Assembly: GCA_047495785.1 (NCBI GenBank)
Contig: JBLDXI010000029.1
Coordinates: 62,001 to 126,000, forward strand
DNA from: Lepidodermella squamata
Lineage: Eukaryota; Animalia; Gastrotricha
Direction of reading: 5' to 3'
DNA length: 64,000 bases
A program made the position numbers and the translations under genes. Every line of letters starts with the position of its first letter. Within the stretch, counting starts at the first letter, position 1. The notes beneath the pieces were generated by a model that saw only the letters and a program-made list of their open reading frames with translations, did not search any database and was not told where the DNA came from. Of the stretch, positions 35,401-50,400 are shown one piece after another.

Positions 35401-38400
35401 CGAGTTGCATCATTGTGTTTCTTTGTTCGCAGATTATCTCGACGACGATGATGATAACGATGGCATCCCAGATTCGCAAGACAACGATGATGATGGCGAT
35501 GGCATTCCGGACGACCAGGAAGACAGCGATGGCGACGGTGTGCCAGGTTAGTTCCGGGCCGTGATGTGCAACTGCGCGTTGTGGGGAGGGCACCGTTGGG
35601 TATTGCGTTGCGAAAGGCTGAAATGTGCGGGGTTGCGAGCTTTCGAGCTTAGCCCAGCTAGGTTCGGGGATTGTCGGTTGGGTTTCACTTCCGGGCTGGC
35701 ATGCGTTTGGAATAGGTTGGCGGTAGTTCCCGGGTTGCGGGATTGAGGTTCGCTGGGAATCTCGTGCGTGCATGGCGCAGGTGGCGCTGGGTTTCGAGCT
35801 TCGAATTCTTGTTGAGCTTCGAATTGACGCTTTCAATGATATTTTTCAGACGCGCTAGACGACGATGATGACAACGACGGCATTTCTGATGCCGACGAAA
35901 AGAAGGATTCGGATGGTGATGGCGTGCCAGGTAAGCGCACTTGGAACGGCTGGTTCGGGAGCGCGAGTTGCATCATTGTGTTTCTTTGTTCGCAGATTAT
36001 CTCGACGACGATGATGATAACGATGGCATCCCAGATTCGCAAGACAACGATGATGATGGCGATGGCATTCCGGACGACCAGGAAGACAGCGATGGCGACG
36101 GTGTGCCAGGTTAGTTCCGGGCCGTGATGTGCAACTGCGCGTTGTGGGGAGGGCACCGTTGGGTATTGCGTTGCGAAAGGCTGAAATGTGCGGGGTTGCG
36201 AGCTTTCGAGCTTAGCCCAGCTAGGTTCGGGGATTGTCGGTTGGGTTTCACTTCCGGGCTGGCCTGCGTTTGGAATAGGTTGGCGGTAGTTCCCGGGTTG
36301 CGGGATTGAGGTTCGCTGGGAATCTCGTGCGTGCATGGCGCAGGTGGCGCTGGGTTTCGAGCTTCGAATTCTTGTTGAGCTTCGAATTGACGCTTTCAAT
36401 GATATTTTTCAGACGCGCTAGACGACGATGATGACAACGACGGCATTTCTGATGCCGACGAAAAGAAGGATTCGGATGGTGATGGCGTGCCAGGTAAGCG
36501 CACTTGGAACGGCTGGTTCGGGAGCGCGAGTTGCATCATTGTGTTTCTTTGTTCGCAGATTATCTCGACGACGATGATGATAACGATGGCATCCCAGATT
36601 CGCAAGACAACGATGATGATGGCGATGGCATTCCGGACGACCAGGAAGACAGCGATGGCGACGGTGTGCCAGGTTAGTTCCGGGCCGTGATGTGCAACTG
36701 CGCGTTGTGGGGAGGGCACCGTTGGGTATTGCGTTGCGAAAGGCTGAAATGTGCGGGGTTGCGAGCTTTCGAGCTTAGCCCAGCTAGGTTCGGGGATTGT
36801 CGGTTGGGTTTCACTTCCGGGCTGGCATGCGTTTGGAATAGGTTGGCGGTAGTTCCCGGGTTGCGGGATTGAGGTTCGCTGGGAATCTCGTGCGTGCATG
36901 GCGCAGGTGGCGCTGGGTTTCGAGCTTCGAATTCTTGTTGAGCTTCGAATTGACGCTTTCAATGATATTTTTCAGACGCGCTAGACGACGATGATGACAA
37001 CGACGGCATTTCTGATGCCGACGAAAAGAAGGATTCGGATGGTGATGGCGTGCCAGGTAAGCGCACTTGGAACGGCTGGTTCGGGAGCGCGAGTTGCATC
37101 ATTGTGTTTCTTTGTTCGCAGATTATCTCGACGACGATGATGATAACGATGGCATCCCAGATTCGCAAGACAACGATGATGATGGCGATGGCATTCCGGA
37201 CGACCAGGAAGACAGCGATGGCGACGGTGTGCCAGGTTAGTTCCGGGCCGTGATGTGCAACTGCGCGTTGTGGGGAGGGCACCGTTGGGTATTGCGTTGC
37301 GAAAGGCTGAAATGTGCGGGGTTGCGAGCTTTCGAGCTTAGCCCAGCTAGGTTCGGGGATTGTCGGTTGGGTTTCACTTCCGGGCTGGCCTGCGTTTGGA
37401 ATAGGTTGGCGGTAGTTCCCGGGTTGCGGGATTGAGGTTCGCTGGGAATCTCGTGCGTGCATGGCGCAGGTGGCGCTGGGTTTCGAGCTTCGAATTCTTG
37501 TTGAGCTTCGAATTGACGCTTTCAATGATATTTTTCAGACGCGCTAGACGACGATGATGACAACGACGGCATTTCTGATGCCGACGAAAAGAAGGATTCG
37601 GATGGTGATGGCGTGCCAGGTAAGCGCACTTGGAACGGCTGGTTCGGGAGCGCGAGTTGCATCATTGTGTTTCTTTGTTCGCAGATTATCTCGACGACGA
37701 TGATGATAACGATGGCATCCCAGATTCGCAAGACAACGATGATGATGGCGATGGCATTCCGGACGACCAGGAAGACAGCGATGGCGACGGTGTGCCAGGT
37801 TAGTTCCGGGCCGTGATGTGCAACTGCGCGTTGTGGGGAGGGCACCGTTGGGTATTGCGTTGCGAAAGGCTGAAATGTGCGGGGTTGCGAGCTTTCGAGC
37901 TTAGCCCAGCTAGGTTCGGGGATTGTCGGTTGGGTTTCACTTCCGGGCTGGCCTGCGTTTGGAATAGGTTGGCGGTAGTTCCCGGGTTGCGGGATTGAGG
38001 TTCGCTGGGAATCTCGTGCGTGCATGGCGCAGGTGGCGCTGGGTTTCGAGCTTCGAATTCTTGTTGAGCTTCGAATTGACGCTTTCAATGATATTTTTCA
38101 GACGCGCTAGACGACGATGATGACAACGACGGCATTTCTGATGCCGACGAAAAGAAGGATTCGGATGGTGATGGCGTGCCAGGTAAGCGCACTTGGAACG
38201 GCTGGTTCGGGAGCGCGAGTTGCATCATTGTGTTTCTTTGTTCGCAGATTATCTCGACGACGATGATGATAACGATGGCATCCCAGATTCGCAAGACAAC
38301 GATGATGATGGCGATGGCATTCCGGACGACCAGGAAGACAGCGATGGCGACGGTGTGCCAGGTTAGTTCCGGGCCGTGATGTGCAACTGCGCGTTGTGGG

Positions 38401-41400
38401 GAGGGCACCGTTGGGTATTGCGTTGCGAAAGGCTGAAATGTGCGGGGTTGCGAGCTTTCGAGCTTAGCCCAGCTAGGTTCGGGGATTGTCGGTTGGGTTT
38501 CACTTCCGGGCTGGCCTGCGTTTGGAATAGGTTGGCGGTAGTTCCCGGGTTGCGGGATTGAGGTTCGCTGGGAATCTCGTGCGTGCATGGCGCAGGTGGC
38601 GCTGGGTTTCGAGCTCAGAATTCTTGTTGAGCTTCGAATTGACGCTTTCAATGATATTTTTCAGACGCGCTAGACGACGATGATGACAACGACGGCATTT
38701 CTGATGCCGACGAAAAGAAGGATTCGGATGGTGATGGCGTGCCAGGTAAGCGCACTTGGAACGGCTGGTTCGGGAGCGCGAGTTGCATCATTGTGTTTCT
38801 TTGTTCGCAGATTATCTCGACGACGATGATGATAACGATGGCATCCCAGATTCGCAAGACAACGATGATGATGGCGATGGCATTCCGGACGACCAGGAAG
38901 ACAGCGATGGCGACGGTGTGCCAGGTTAGTTCCGGGCCGTGATGTGCAACTGCGCGTTGTGGGGAGGGCACCGTTGGGTATTGCGTTGCGAAAGGCTGAA
39001 ATGTGCGGGGTTGCGAGCTTTCGAGCTTAGCCCAGCTAGGTTCGGGGATTGTCGGTTGGGTTTCACTTCCGGGCTGGCCTGCGTTTGGAATAGGTTGGCG
39101 GTAGTTCCCGGGTTGCGGGATTGAGGTTCGCTGGGAATCTCGTGCGTGCATGGCGCAGGTGGCGCTGGGTTTCGAGCTTCGAATTCTTGTTGAGCTTCGA
39201 ATTGACGCTTTCAATGATATTTTTCAGACGCGCTAGACGACGATGATGACAACGACGGCATTTCTGATGCCGACGAAAAGAAGGATTCGGATGGTGATGG
39301 CGTGCCAGGTAAGCGCACTTGGAACGGCTGGTTCGGGAGCGCGAGTTGCATCATTGTGTTTCTTTGTTCGCAGATTATCTCGACGACGATGATGATAACG
39401 ATGGCATCCCAGATTCGCAAGACAACGATGATGATGGCGATGGCATTCCGGACGACCAGGAAGACAGCGATGGCGACGGTGTGCCAGGTTAGTTCCGGGC
39501 CGTGATGTGCAACTGCGCGTTGTGGGGAGGGCACCGTTGGGTATTGCGTTGCGAAAGGCTGAAATGTGCGGGGTTGCGAGCTTTCGAGCTTAGCCCAGCT
39601 AGGTTCGGGGATTGTCGGTTGGGTTTCACTTCCGGGCTGGCATGCGTTTGGAATAGGTTGGCGGTAGTTCCCGGGTTGCGGGATTGAGGTTCGCTGGGAA
39701 TCTCGTGCGTGCATGGCGCAGGTGGCGCTGGGTTTCGAGCTTCGAATTCTTGTTGAGCTTCGAATTGACGCTTTCAATGATATTTTTCAGACGCGCTAGA
39801 CGACGATGATGACAACGACGGCATTTCTGATGCCGACGAAAAGAAGGATTCGGATGGTGATGGCGTGCCAGGTAAGCGCACTTGGAACGGCTGGTTCGGG
39901 AGCGCGAGTTGCATCATTGTGTTTCTTTGTTCGCAGATTATCTCGACGACGATGATGATAACGATGGCATCCCAGATTCGCAAGACAACGATGATGATGG
40001 CGATGGCATTCCGGACGACCAGGAAGACAGCGATGGCGACGGTGTGCCAGGTTAGTTCCGGGCCGTGATGTGCAACTGCGCGTTGTGGGGAGGGCACCGT
40101 TGGGTATTGCGTTGCGAAAGGCTGAAATGTGCGGGGTTGCGAGCTTTCGAGCTTAGCCCAGCTAGGTTCGGGGATTGTCGGTTGGGTTTCACTTCCGGGC
40201 TGGCCTGCGTTTGGAATAGGTTGGCGGTAGTTCCCGGGTTGCGGGATTGAGGTTCGCTGGGAATCTCGTGCGTGCATGGCGCAGGTGGCGCTGGGTTTCG
40301 AGCTTCGAATTCTTGTTGAGCTTCGAATTGACGCTTTCAATGATATTTTTCAGACGCGCTAGACGACGATGATGACAACGACGGCATTTCTGATGCCGAC
40401 GAAAAGAAGGATTCGGATGGTGATGGCGTGCCAGGTAAGCGCACTTGGAACGGCTGGTTCGGGAGCGCGAGTTGCATCATTGTGTTTCTTTGTTCGCAGA
40501 TTATCTCGACGACGATGATGATAACGATGGCATCCCAGATTCGCAAGACAACGATGATGATGGCGATGGCATTCCGGACGACCAGGAAGACAGCGATGGC
40601 GACGGTGTGCCAGGTTAGTTCCGGGCCGTGATGTGCAACTGCGCGTTGTGGGGAGGGCACCGTTGGGTATTGCGTTGCGAAAGGCTGAAATGTGCGGGGT
40701 TGCGAGCTTTCGAGCTTAGCCCAGCTAGGTTCGGGGATTGTCGGTTGGGTTTCACTTCCGGGCTGGCCTGCGTTTGGAATAGGTTGGCGGTAGTTCCCGG
40801 GTTGCGGGATTGAGGTTCGCTGGGAATCTCGTGCGTGCATGGCGCAGGTGGCGCTGGGTTTCGAGCTCAGAATTCTTGTTGAGCTTCGAATTGACGCTTT
40901 CAATGATATTTTTCAGACGCGCTAGACGACGATGATGACAACGACGGCATTTCTGATGCCGACGAAAAGAAGGATTCGGATGGTGATGGCGTGCCAGGTA
41001 AGCGCACTTGGAACGGCTGGTTCGGGAGCGCGAGTTGCATCATTGTGTTTCTTTGTTCGCAGATTATCTCGACGACGATGATGATAACGATGGCATCCCA
41101 GATTCGCAAGACAACGATGATGATGGCGATGGCATTCCGGACGACCAGGAAGACAGCGATGGCGACGGTGTGCCAGGTTAGTTCCGGGCCGTGATGTGCA
41201 ACTGCGCGTTGTGGGGAGGGCACCGTTGGGTATTGCGTTGCGAAAGGCTGAAATGTGCGGGGTTGCGAGCTTTCGAGCTTAGCCCAGCTAGGTTCGGGGA
41301 TTGTCGGTTGGGTTTCACTTCCGGGCTGGCCTGCGTTTGGAATAGGTTGGCGGTAGTTCCCGGGTTGCGGGATTGAGGTTCGCTGGGAATCTCGTGCGTG

Positions 41401-44400
41401 CATGGCGCAGGTGGCGCTGGGTTTCGAGCTCAGAATTCTTGTTGAGCTTCGAATTGACGCTTTCAATGATATTTTTCAGACGCGCTAGACGACGATGATG
41501 ACAACGACGGCATTTCTGATGCCGACGAAAAGAAGGATTCGGATGGTGATGGCGTGCCAGGTAAGCGCACTTGGAACGGCTGGTTCGGGAGCGCGAGTTG
41601 CATCATTGTGTTTCTTTGTTCGCAGATTATCTCGACGACGATGATGATAACGATGGCATCCCAGATTCGCAAGACAACGATGATGATGGCGATGGCATTC
41701 CGGACGACCAGGAAGACAGCGATGGCGACGGTGTGCCAGGTTAGTTCCGGGCCGTGATGTGCAACTGCGCGTTGTGGGGAGGGCACCGTTGGGTATTGCG
41801 TTGCGAAAGGCTGAAATGTGCGGGGTTGCGAGCTTTCGAGCTTAGCCCAGCTAGGTTCGGGGATTGTCGGTTGGGTTTCACTTCCGGGCTGGCCTGCGTT
41901 TGGAATAGGTTGGCGGTAGTTCCCGGGTTGCGGGATTGAGGTTCGCTGGGAATCTCGTGCGTGCATGGCGCAGGTGGCGCTGGGTTTCGAGCTTCGAATT
42001 CTTGTTGAGCTTCGAATTGACGCTTTCAATGATATTTTTCAGACGCGCTAGACGACGATGATGACAACGACGGCATTTCTGATGCCGACGAAAAGAAGGA
42101 TTCGGATGGTGATGGCGTGCCAGGTAAGCGCACTTGGAACGGCTGGTTCGGGAGCGCGAGTTGCATCATTGTGTTTCTTTGTTCGCAGATTATCTCGACG
42201 ACGATGATGATAACGATGGCATCCCAGATTCGCAAGACAACGATGATGATGGCGATGGCATTCCGGACGACCAGGAAGACAGCGATGGCGACGGTGTGCC
42301 AGGTTAGTTCCGGGCCGTGATGTGCAACTGCGCGTTGTGGGGAGGGCACCGTTGGGTATTGCGTTGCGAAAGGCTGAAATGTGCGGGGTTGCGAGCTTTC
42401 GAGCTTAGCCCAGCTAGGTTCGGGGATTGTCGGTTGGGTTTCACTTCCGGGCTGGCATGCGTTTGGAATAGGTTGGCGGTAGTTCCCGGGTTGCGGGATT
42501 GAGGTTCGCTGGGAATCTCGTGCGTGCATGGCGCAGGTGGCGCTGGGTTTCGAGCTTCGAATTCTTGTTGAGCTTCGAATTGACGCTTTCAATGATATTT
42601 TTCAGACGCGCTAGACGACGATGATGACAACGACGGCATTTCTGATGCCGACGAAAAGAAGGATTCGGATGGTGATGGCGTGCCAGGTAAGCGCACTTGG
42701 AACGGCTGGTTCGGGAGCGCGAGTTGCATCATTGTGTTTCTTTGTTCGCAGATTATCTCGACGACGATGATGATAACGATGGCATCCCAGATTCGCAAGA
42801 CAACGATGATGATGGCGATGGCATTCCGGACGACCAGGAAGACAGCGATGGCGACGGTGTGCCAGGTTAGTTCCGGGCCGTGATGTGCAACTGCGCGTTG
42901 TGGGGAGGGCACCGTTGGGTATTGCGTTGCGAAAGGCTGAAATGTGCGGGGTTGCGAGCTTTCGAGCTTAGCCCAGCTAGGTTCGGGGATTGTCGGTTGG
43001 GTTTCACTTCCGGGCTGGCCTGCGTTTGGAATAGGTTGGCGGTAGTTCCCGGGTTGCGGGATTGAGGTTCGCTGGGAATCTCGTGCGTGCATGGCGCAGG
43101 TGGCGCTGGGTTTCGAGCTCAGAATTCTTGTTGAGCTTCGAATTGACGCTTTCAATGATATTTTTCAGACGCGCTAGACGACGATGATGACAACGACGGC
43201 ATTTCTGATGCCGACGAAAAGAAGGATTCGGATGGTGATGGCGTGCCAGGTAAGCGCACTTGGAACGGCTGGTTCGGGAGCGCGAGTTGCATCATTGTGT
43301 TTCTTTGTTCGCAGATTATCTCGACGACGATGATGATAACGATGGCATCCCAGATTCGCAAGACAACGATGATGATGGCGATGGCATTCCGGACGACCAG
43401 GAAGACAGCGATGGCGACGGTGTGCCAGGTTAGTTCCGGGCCGTGATGTGCAACTGCGCGTTGTGGGGAGGGCACCGTTGGGTATTGCGTTGCGAAAGGC
43501 TGAAATGTGCGGGGTTGCGAGCTTTCGAGCTTAGCCCAGCTAGGTTCGGGGATTGTCGGTTGGGTTTCACTTCCGGGCTGGCCTGCGTTTGGAATAGGTT
43601 GGCGGTAGTTCCCGGGTTGCGGGATTGAGGTTCGCTGGGAATCTCGTGCGTGCATGGCGCAGGTGGCGCTGGGTTTCGAGCTTCGAATTCTTGTTGAGCT
43701 TCGAATTGACGCTTTCAATGATATTTTTCAGACGCGCTAGACGACGATGATGACAACGACGGCATTTCTGATGCCGACGAAAAGAAGGATTCGGATGGTG
43801 ATGGCGTGCCAGGTAAGCGCACTTGGAACGGCTGGTTCGGGAGCGCGAGTTGCATCATTGTGTTTCTTTGTTCGCAGATTATCTCGACGACGATGATGAT
43901 AACGATGGCATCCCAGATTCGCAAGACAACGATGATGATGGCGATGGCATTCCGGACGACCAGGAAGACAGCGATGGCGACGGTGTGCCAGGTTAGTTCC
44001 GGGCCGTGATGTGCAACTGCGCGTTGTGGGGAGGGCACCGTTGGGTATTGCGTTGCGAAAGGCTGAAATGTGCGGGGTTGCGAGCTTTCGAGCTTAGCCC
44101 AGCTAGGTTCGGGGATTGTCGGTTGGGTTTCACTTCCGGGCTGGCCTGCGTTTGGAATAGGTTGGCGGTAGTTCCCGGGTTGCGGGATTGAGGTTCGCTG
44201 GGAATCTCGTGCGTGCATGGCGCAGGTGGCGCTGGGTTTCGAGCTTCGAATTCTTGTTGAGCTTCGAATTGACGCTTTCAATGATATTTTTCAGACGCGC
44301 TAGACGACGATGATGACAACGACGGCATTTCTGATGCCGACGAAAAGAAGGATTCGGATGGTGATGGCGTGCCAGGTAAGCGCACTTGGAACGGCTGGTT

Positions 44401-47400
44401 CGGGAGCGCGAGTTGCATCATTGTGTTTCTTTGTTCGCAGATTATCTCGACGACGATGATGATAACGATGGCATCCCAGATTCGCAAGACAACGATGATG
44501 ATGGCGATGGCATTCCGGACGACCAGGAAGACAGCGATGGCGACGGTGTGCCAGGTTAGTTCCGGGCCGTGATGTGCAACTGCGCGTTGTGGGGAGGGCA
44601 CCGTTGGGTATTGCGTTGCGAAAGGCTGAAATGTGCGGGGTTGCGAGCTTTCGAGCTTAGCCCAGCTAGGTTCGGGGATTGTCGGTTGGGTTTCACTTCC
44701 GGGCTGGCATGCGTTTGGAATAGGTTGGCGGTAGTTCCCGGGTTGCGGGATTGAGGTTCGCTGGGAATCTCGTGCGTGCATGGCGCAGGTGGCGCTGGGT
44801 TTCGAGCTTCGAATTCTTGTTGAGCTTCGAATTGACGCTTTCAATGATATTTTTCAGACGCGCTAGACGACGATGATGACAACGACGGCATTTCTGATGC
44901 CGACGAAAAGAAGGATTCGGATGGTGATGGCGTGCCAGGTAAGCGCACTTGGAACGGCTGGTTCGGGAGCGCGAGTTGCATCATTGTGTTTCTTTGTTCG
45001 CAGATTATCTCGACGACGATGATGATAACGATGGCATCCCAGATTCGCAAGACAACGATGATGATGGCGATGGCATTCCGGACGACCAGGAAGACAGCGA
45101 TGGCGACGGTGTGCCAGGTTAGTTCCGGGCCGTGATGTGCAACTGCGCGTTGTGGGGAGGGCACCGTTGGGTATTGCGTTGCGAAAGGCTGAAATGTGCG
45201 GGGTTGCGAGCTTTCGAGCTTAGCCCAGCTAGGTTCGGGGATTGTCGGTTGGGTTTCACTTCCGGGCTGGCCTGCGTTTGGAATAGGTTGGCGGTAGTTC
45301 CCGGGTTGCGGGATTGAGGTTCGCTGGGAATCTCGTGCGTGCATGGCGCAGGTGGCGCTGGGTTTCGAGCTTAGAATTCTTGTTGAGCTTCGAATTGACG
45401 CTTTCAATGATATTTTTCAGACGCGCTAGACGACGATGATGACAACGACGGCATTTCTGATGCCGACGAAAAGAAGGATTCGGATGGTGATGGCGTGCCA
45501 GGTAAGCGCACTTGGAACGGCTGGTTCGGGAGCGCGAGTTGCATCATTGTGTTTCTTTGTTCGCAGATTATCTCGACGACGATGATGATAACGATGGCAT
45601 CCCAGATTCGCAAGACAACGATGATGATGGCGATGGCATTCCGGACGACCAGGAAGACAGCGATGGCGACGGTGTGCCAGGTTAGTTCCGGGCCGTGATG
45701 TGCAACTGCGCGTTGTGGGGAGGGCACCGTTGGGTATTGCGTTGCGAAAGGCTGAAATGTGCGGGGTTGCGAGCTTTCGAGCTTAGCCCAGCTAGGTTCG
45801 GGGATTGTCGGTTGGGTTTCACTTCCGGGCTGGCCTGCGTTTGGAATAGGTTGGCGGTAGTTCCCGGGTTGCGGGATTGAGGTTCGCTGGGAATCTCGTG
45901 CGTGCATGGCGCAGGTGGCGCTGGGTTTCGAGCTTAGAATTCTTGTTGAGCTTCGAATTGACGCTTTCAATGATATTTTTCAGACGCGCTAGACGACGAT
46001 GATGACAACGACGGCATTTCTGATGCCGACGAAAAGAAGGATTCGGATGGTGATGGCGTGCCAGGTAAGCGCACTTGGAACGGCTGGTTCGGGAGCGCGA
46101 GTTGCATCATTGTGTTTCTTTGTTCGCAGATTATCTCGACGACGATGATGATAACGATGGCATCCCAGATTCGCAAGACAACGATGATGATGGCGATGGC
46201 ATTCCGGACGACCAGGAAGACAGCGATGGCGACGGTGTGCCAGGTTAGTTCCGGGCCGTGATGTGCAACTGCGCGTTGTGGGGAGGGCACCGTTGGGTAT
46301 TGCGTTGCGAAAGGCTGAAATGTGCGGGGTTGCGAGCTTTCGAGCTTAGCCCAGCTAGGTTCGGGGATTGTCGGTTGGGTTTCACTTCCGGGCTGGCATG
46401 CGTTTGGAATAGGTTGGCGGTAGTTCCCGGGTTGCGGGATTGAGGTTCGCTGGGAATCTCGTGCGTGCATGGCGCAGGTGGCGCTGGGTTTCGAGCTTCG
46501 AATTCTTGTTGAGCTTCGAATTGACGCTTTCAATGATATTTTTCAGACGCGCTAGACGACGATGATGACAACGACGGCATTTCTGATGCCGACGAAAAGA
46601 AGGATTCGGATGGTGATGGCGTGCCAGGTAAGCGCACTTGGAACGGCTGGTTCGGGAGCGCGAGTTGCATCATTGTGTTTCTTTGTTCGCAGATTATCTC
46701 GACGACGATGATGATAACGATGGCATCCCAGATTCGCAAGACAACGATGATGATGGCGATGGCATTCCGGACGACCAGGAAGACAGCGATGGCGACGGTG
46801 TGCCAGGTTAGTTCCGGGCCGTGATGTGCAACTGCGCGTTGTGGGGAGGGCACCGTTGGGTATTGCGTTGCGAAAGGCTGAAATGTGCGGGGTTGCGAGC
46901 TTTCGAGCTTAGCCCAGCTAGGTTCGGGGATTGTCGGTTGGGTTTCACTTCCGGGCTGGCCTGCGTTTGGAATAGGTTGGCGGTAGTTCCCGGGTTGCGG
47001 GATTGAGGTTCGCTGGGAATCTCGTGCGTGCATGGCGCAGGTGGCGCTGGGTTTCGAGCTTAGAATTCTTGTTGAGCTTCGAATTGACGCTTTCAATGAT
47101 ATTTTTCAGACGCGCTAGACGACGATGATGACAACGACGGCATTTCTGATGCCGACGAAAAGAAGGATTCGGATGGTGATGGCGTGCCAGGTAAGCGCAC
47201 TTGGAACGGCTGGTTCGGGAGCGCGAGTTGCATCATTGTGTTTCTTTGTTCGCAGATTATCTCGACGACGATGATGATAACGATGGCATCCCAGATTCGC
47301 AAGACAACGATGATGATGGCGATGGCATTCCGGACGACCAGGAAGACAGCGATGGCGACGGTGTGCCAGGTTAGTTCCGGGCCGTGATGTGCAACTGCGC

Positions 47401-50400
47401 GTTGTGGGGAGGGCACCGTTGGGTATTGCGTTGCGAAAGGCTGAAATGTGCGGGGTTGCGAGCTTTCGAGCTTAGCCCAGCTAGGTTCGGGGATTGTCGG
47501 TTGGGTTTCACTTCCGGGCTGGCATGCGTTTGGAATAGGTTGGCGGTAGTTCCCGGGTTGCGGGATTGAGGTTCGCTGGGAATCTCGTGCGTGCATGGCG
47601 CAGGTGGCGCTGGGTTTCGAGCTTCGAATTCTTGTTGAGCTTCGAATTGACGCTTTCAATGATATTTTTCAGACGCGCTAGACGACGATGATGACAACGA
47701 CGGCATTTCTGATGCCGACGAAAAGAAGGATTCGGATGGTGATGGCGTGCCAGGTAAGCGCACTTGGAACGGCTGGTTCGGGAGCGCGAGTTGCATCATT
47801 GTGTTTCTTTGTTCGCAGATTATCTCGACGACGATGATGATAACGATGGCATCCCAGATTCGCAAGACAACGATGATGATGGCGATGGCATTCCGGACGA
47901 CCAGGAAGACAGCGATGGCGACGGTGTGCCAGGTTAGTTCCGGGCCGTGATGTGCAACTGCGCGTTGTGGGGAGGGCACCGTTGGGTATTGCGTTGCGAA
48001 AGGCTGAAATGTGCGGGGTTGCGAGCTTTCGAGCTTAGCCCAGCTAGGTTCGGGGATTGCCGGTTGGGTTTCACTTCCGGGCTGGCATGCGTTTGGAATA
48101 GGTTGGCGGTAGTTCCCGGGTTGCGGTATTGAGGTTCGCTGGGAATTTCGTGCGTGCATGGCGCAGGTGGCGCTGGGTTTCGAGCTTAGAATTCTTGTTG
48201 AGCTTCGAATTGACGCTTTCAATGATATTTTTCAGACGCGCTAGACGACGATGATGACAACGACGGCATTTCTGATGCCGACGAAAAGAAGGATTCGGAT
48301 GGTGATGGCGTGCCAGGTAAGCGCACTTGGAACGGCTGGTTCGGGAGCGCGAGTTGCATCATTGTGTTTCTTTGTTCGCAGATTATCTCGACGACGATGA
48401 TGATAACGATGGCATCCCAGATTCGCAAGACAACGATGATGATGGCGATGGCATTCCGGACGACCAGGAAGACAGCGATGGCGACGGTGTGCCAGGTTAG
48501 TTCCGGGCCGTGATGTGCAACTGCGCGTTGTGGGGAGGGCACCGTTGGGTATTGCGTTGCGAAAGGCTGAAATGTGCGGGGTTGCGAGCTTTCGAGCTTA
48601 GCCCAGCTAGGTTCGGGGATTGTCGGTTGGGTTTCACTTCCGGGCTGGCATGCGTTTGGAATAGGTTGGCGGTAGTTCCCGGGTTGCGGGATTGAGGTTC
48701 GCTGGGAATCTCGTGCGTGCATGGCGCAGGTGGCGCTGGGTTTCGAGCTTCGAATTCTTGTTGAGCTTCGAATTGACGCTTTCAATGATATTTTTCAGAC
48801 GCGCTAGACGACGATGATGACAACGACGGCATTTCTGATGCCGACGAAAAGAAGGATTCGGATGGTGATGGCGTGCCAGGTAAGCGCACTTGGAACGGCT
48901 GGTTCGGGAGCGCGAGTTGCATCATTGTGTTTCTTTGTTCGCAGATTATCTCGACGACGATGATGATAACGATGGCATCCCAGATTCGCAAGACAACGAT
49001 GATGATGGCGATGGCATTCCGGACGACCAGGAAGACAGCGATGGCGACGGTGTGCCAGGTTAGTTCCGGGCCGTGATGTGCAACTGCGCGTTGTGGGGAG
49101 GGCACCGTTGGGTATTGCGTTGCGAAAGGCTGAAATGTGCGGGGTTGCGAGCTTTCGAGCTTAGCCCAGCTAGGTTCGGGGATTGTCGGTTGGGTTTCAC
49201 TTCCGGGCTGGCCTGCGTTTGGAATAGGTTGGCGGTAGTTCCCGGGTTGCGGGATTGAGGTTCGCTGGGAATCTCGTGCGTGCATGGCGCAGGTGGCGCT
49301 GGGTTTCGAGCTTAGAATTCTTGTTGAGCTTCGAATTGACGCTTTCAATGATATTTTTCAGACGCGCTAGACGACGATGATGACAACGACGGCATTTCTG
49401 ATGCCGACGAAAAGAAGGATTCGGATGGTGATGGCGTGCCAGGTAAGCGCACTTGGAACGGCTGGTTCGGGAGCGCGAGTTGCATCATTGTGTTTCTTTG
49501 TTCGCAGATTATCTCGACGACGATGATGATAACGATGGCATCCCAGATTCGCAAGACAACGATGATGATGGCGATGGCATTCCGGACGACCAGGAAGACA
49601 GCGATGGCGACGGTGTGCCAGGTTAGTTCCGGGCCGTGATGTGCAACTGCGCGTTGTGGGGAGGGCACCGTTGGGTATTGCGTTGCGAAAGGCTGAAATG
49701 TGCGGGGTTGCGAGCTTTCGAGCTTAGCCCAGCTAGGTTCGGGGATTGTCGGTTGGGTTTCACTTCCGGGCTGGCCTGCGTTTGGAATAGGTTGGCGGTA
49801 GTTCCCGGGTTGCGGGATTGAGGTTCGCTGGGAATCTCGTGCGTGCATGGCGCAGGTGGCGCTGGGTTTCGAGCTTAGAATTCTTGTTGAGCTTCGAATT
49901 GACGCTTTCAATGATATTTTTCAGACGCGCTAGACGACGATGATGACAACGACGGCATTTCTGATGCCGACGAAAAGAAGGATTCGGATGGTGATGGCGT
50001 GCCAGGTAAGCGCACTTGGAACGGCTGGTTCGGGAGCGCGAGTTGCATCATTGTGTTTCTTTGTTCGCAGATTATCTCGACGACGATGATGATAACGATG
50101 GCATCCCAGATTCGCAAGACAACGATGATGATGGCGATGGCATTCCGGACGACCAGGAAGACAGCGATGGCGACGGTGTGCCAGGTTAGTTCCGGGCCGT
50201 GATGTGCAACTGCGCGTTGTGGGGAGGGCACCGTTGGGTATTGCGTTGCGAAAGGCTGAAATGTGCGGGGTTGCGAGCTTTCGAGCTTAGCTCAGCTAGG
50301 TTCGGGGATTGTCGGTTGGGTTTCACTTCCGGGCTGGCATGCGTTTGGAATAGGTTGGCGGTAGTTCCCGGGTTGCGGGATTGAGGTTCGCTGGGAATCT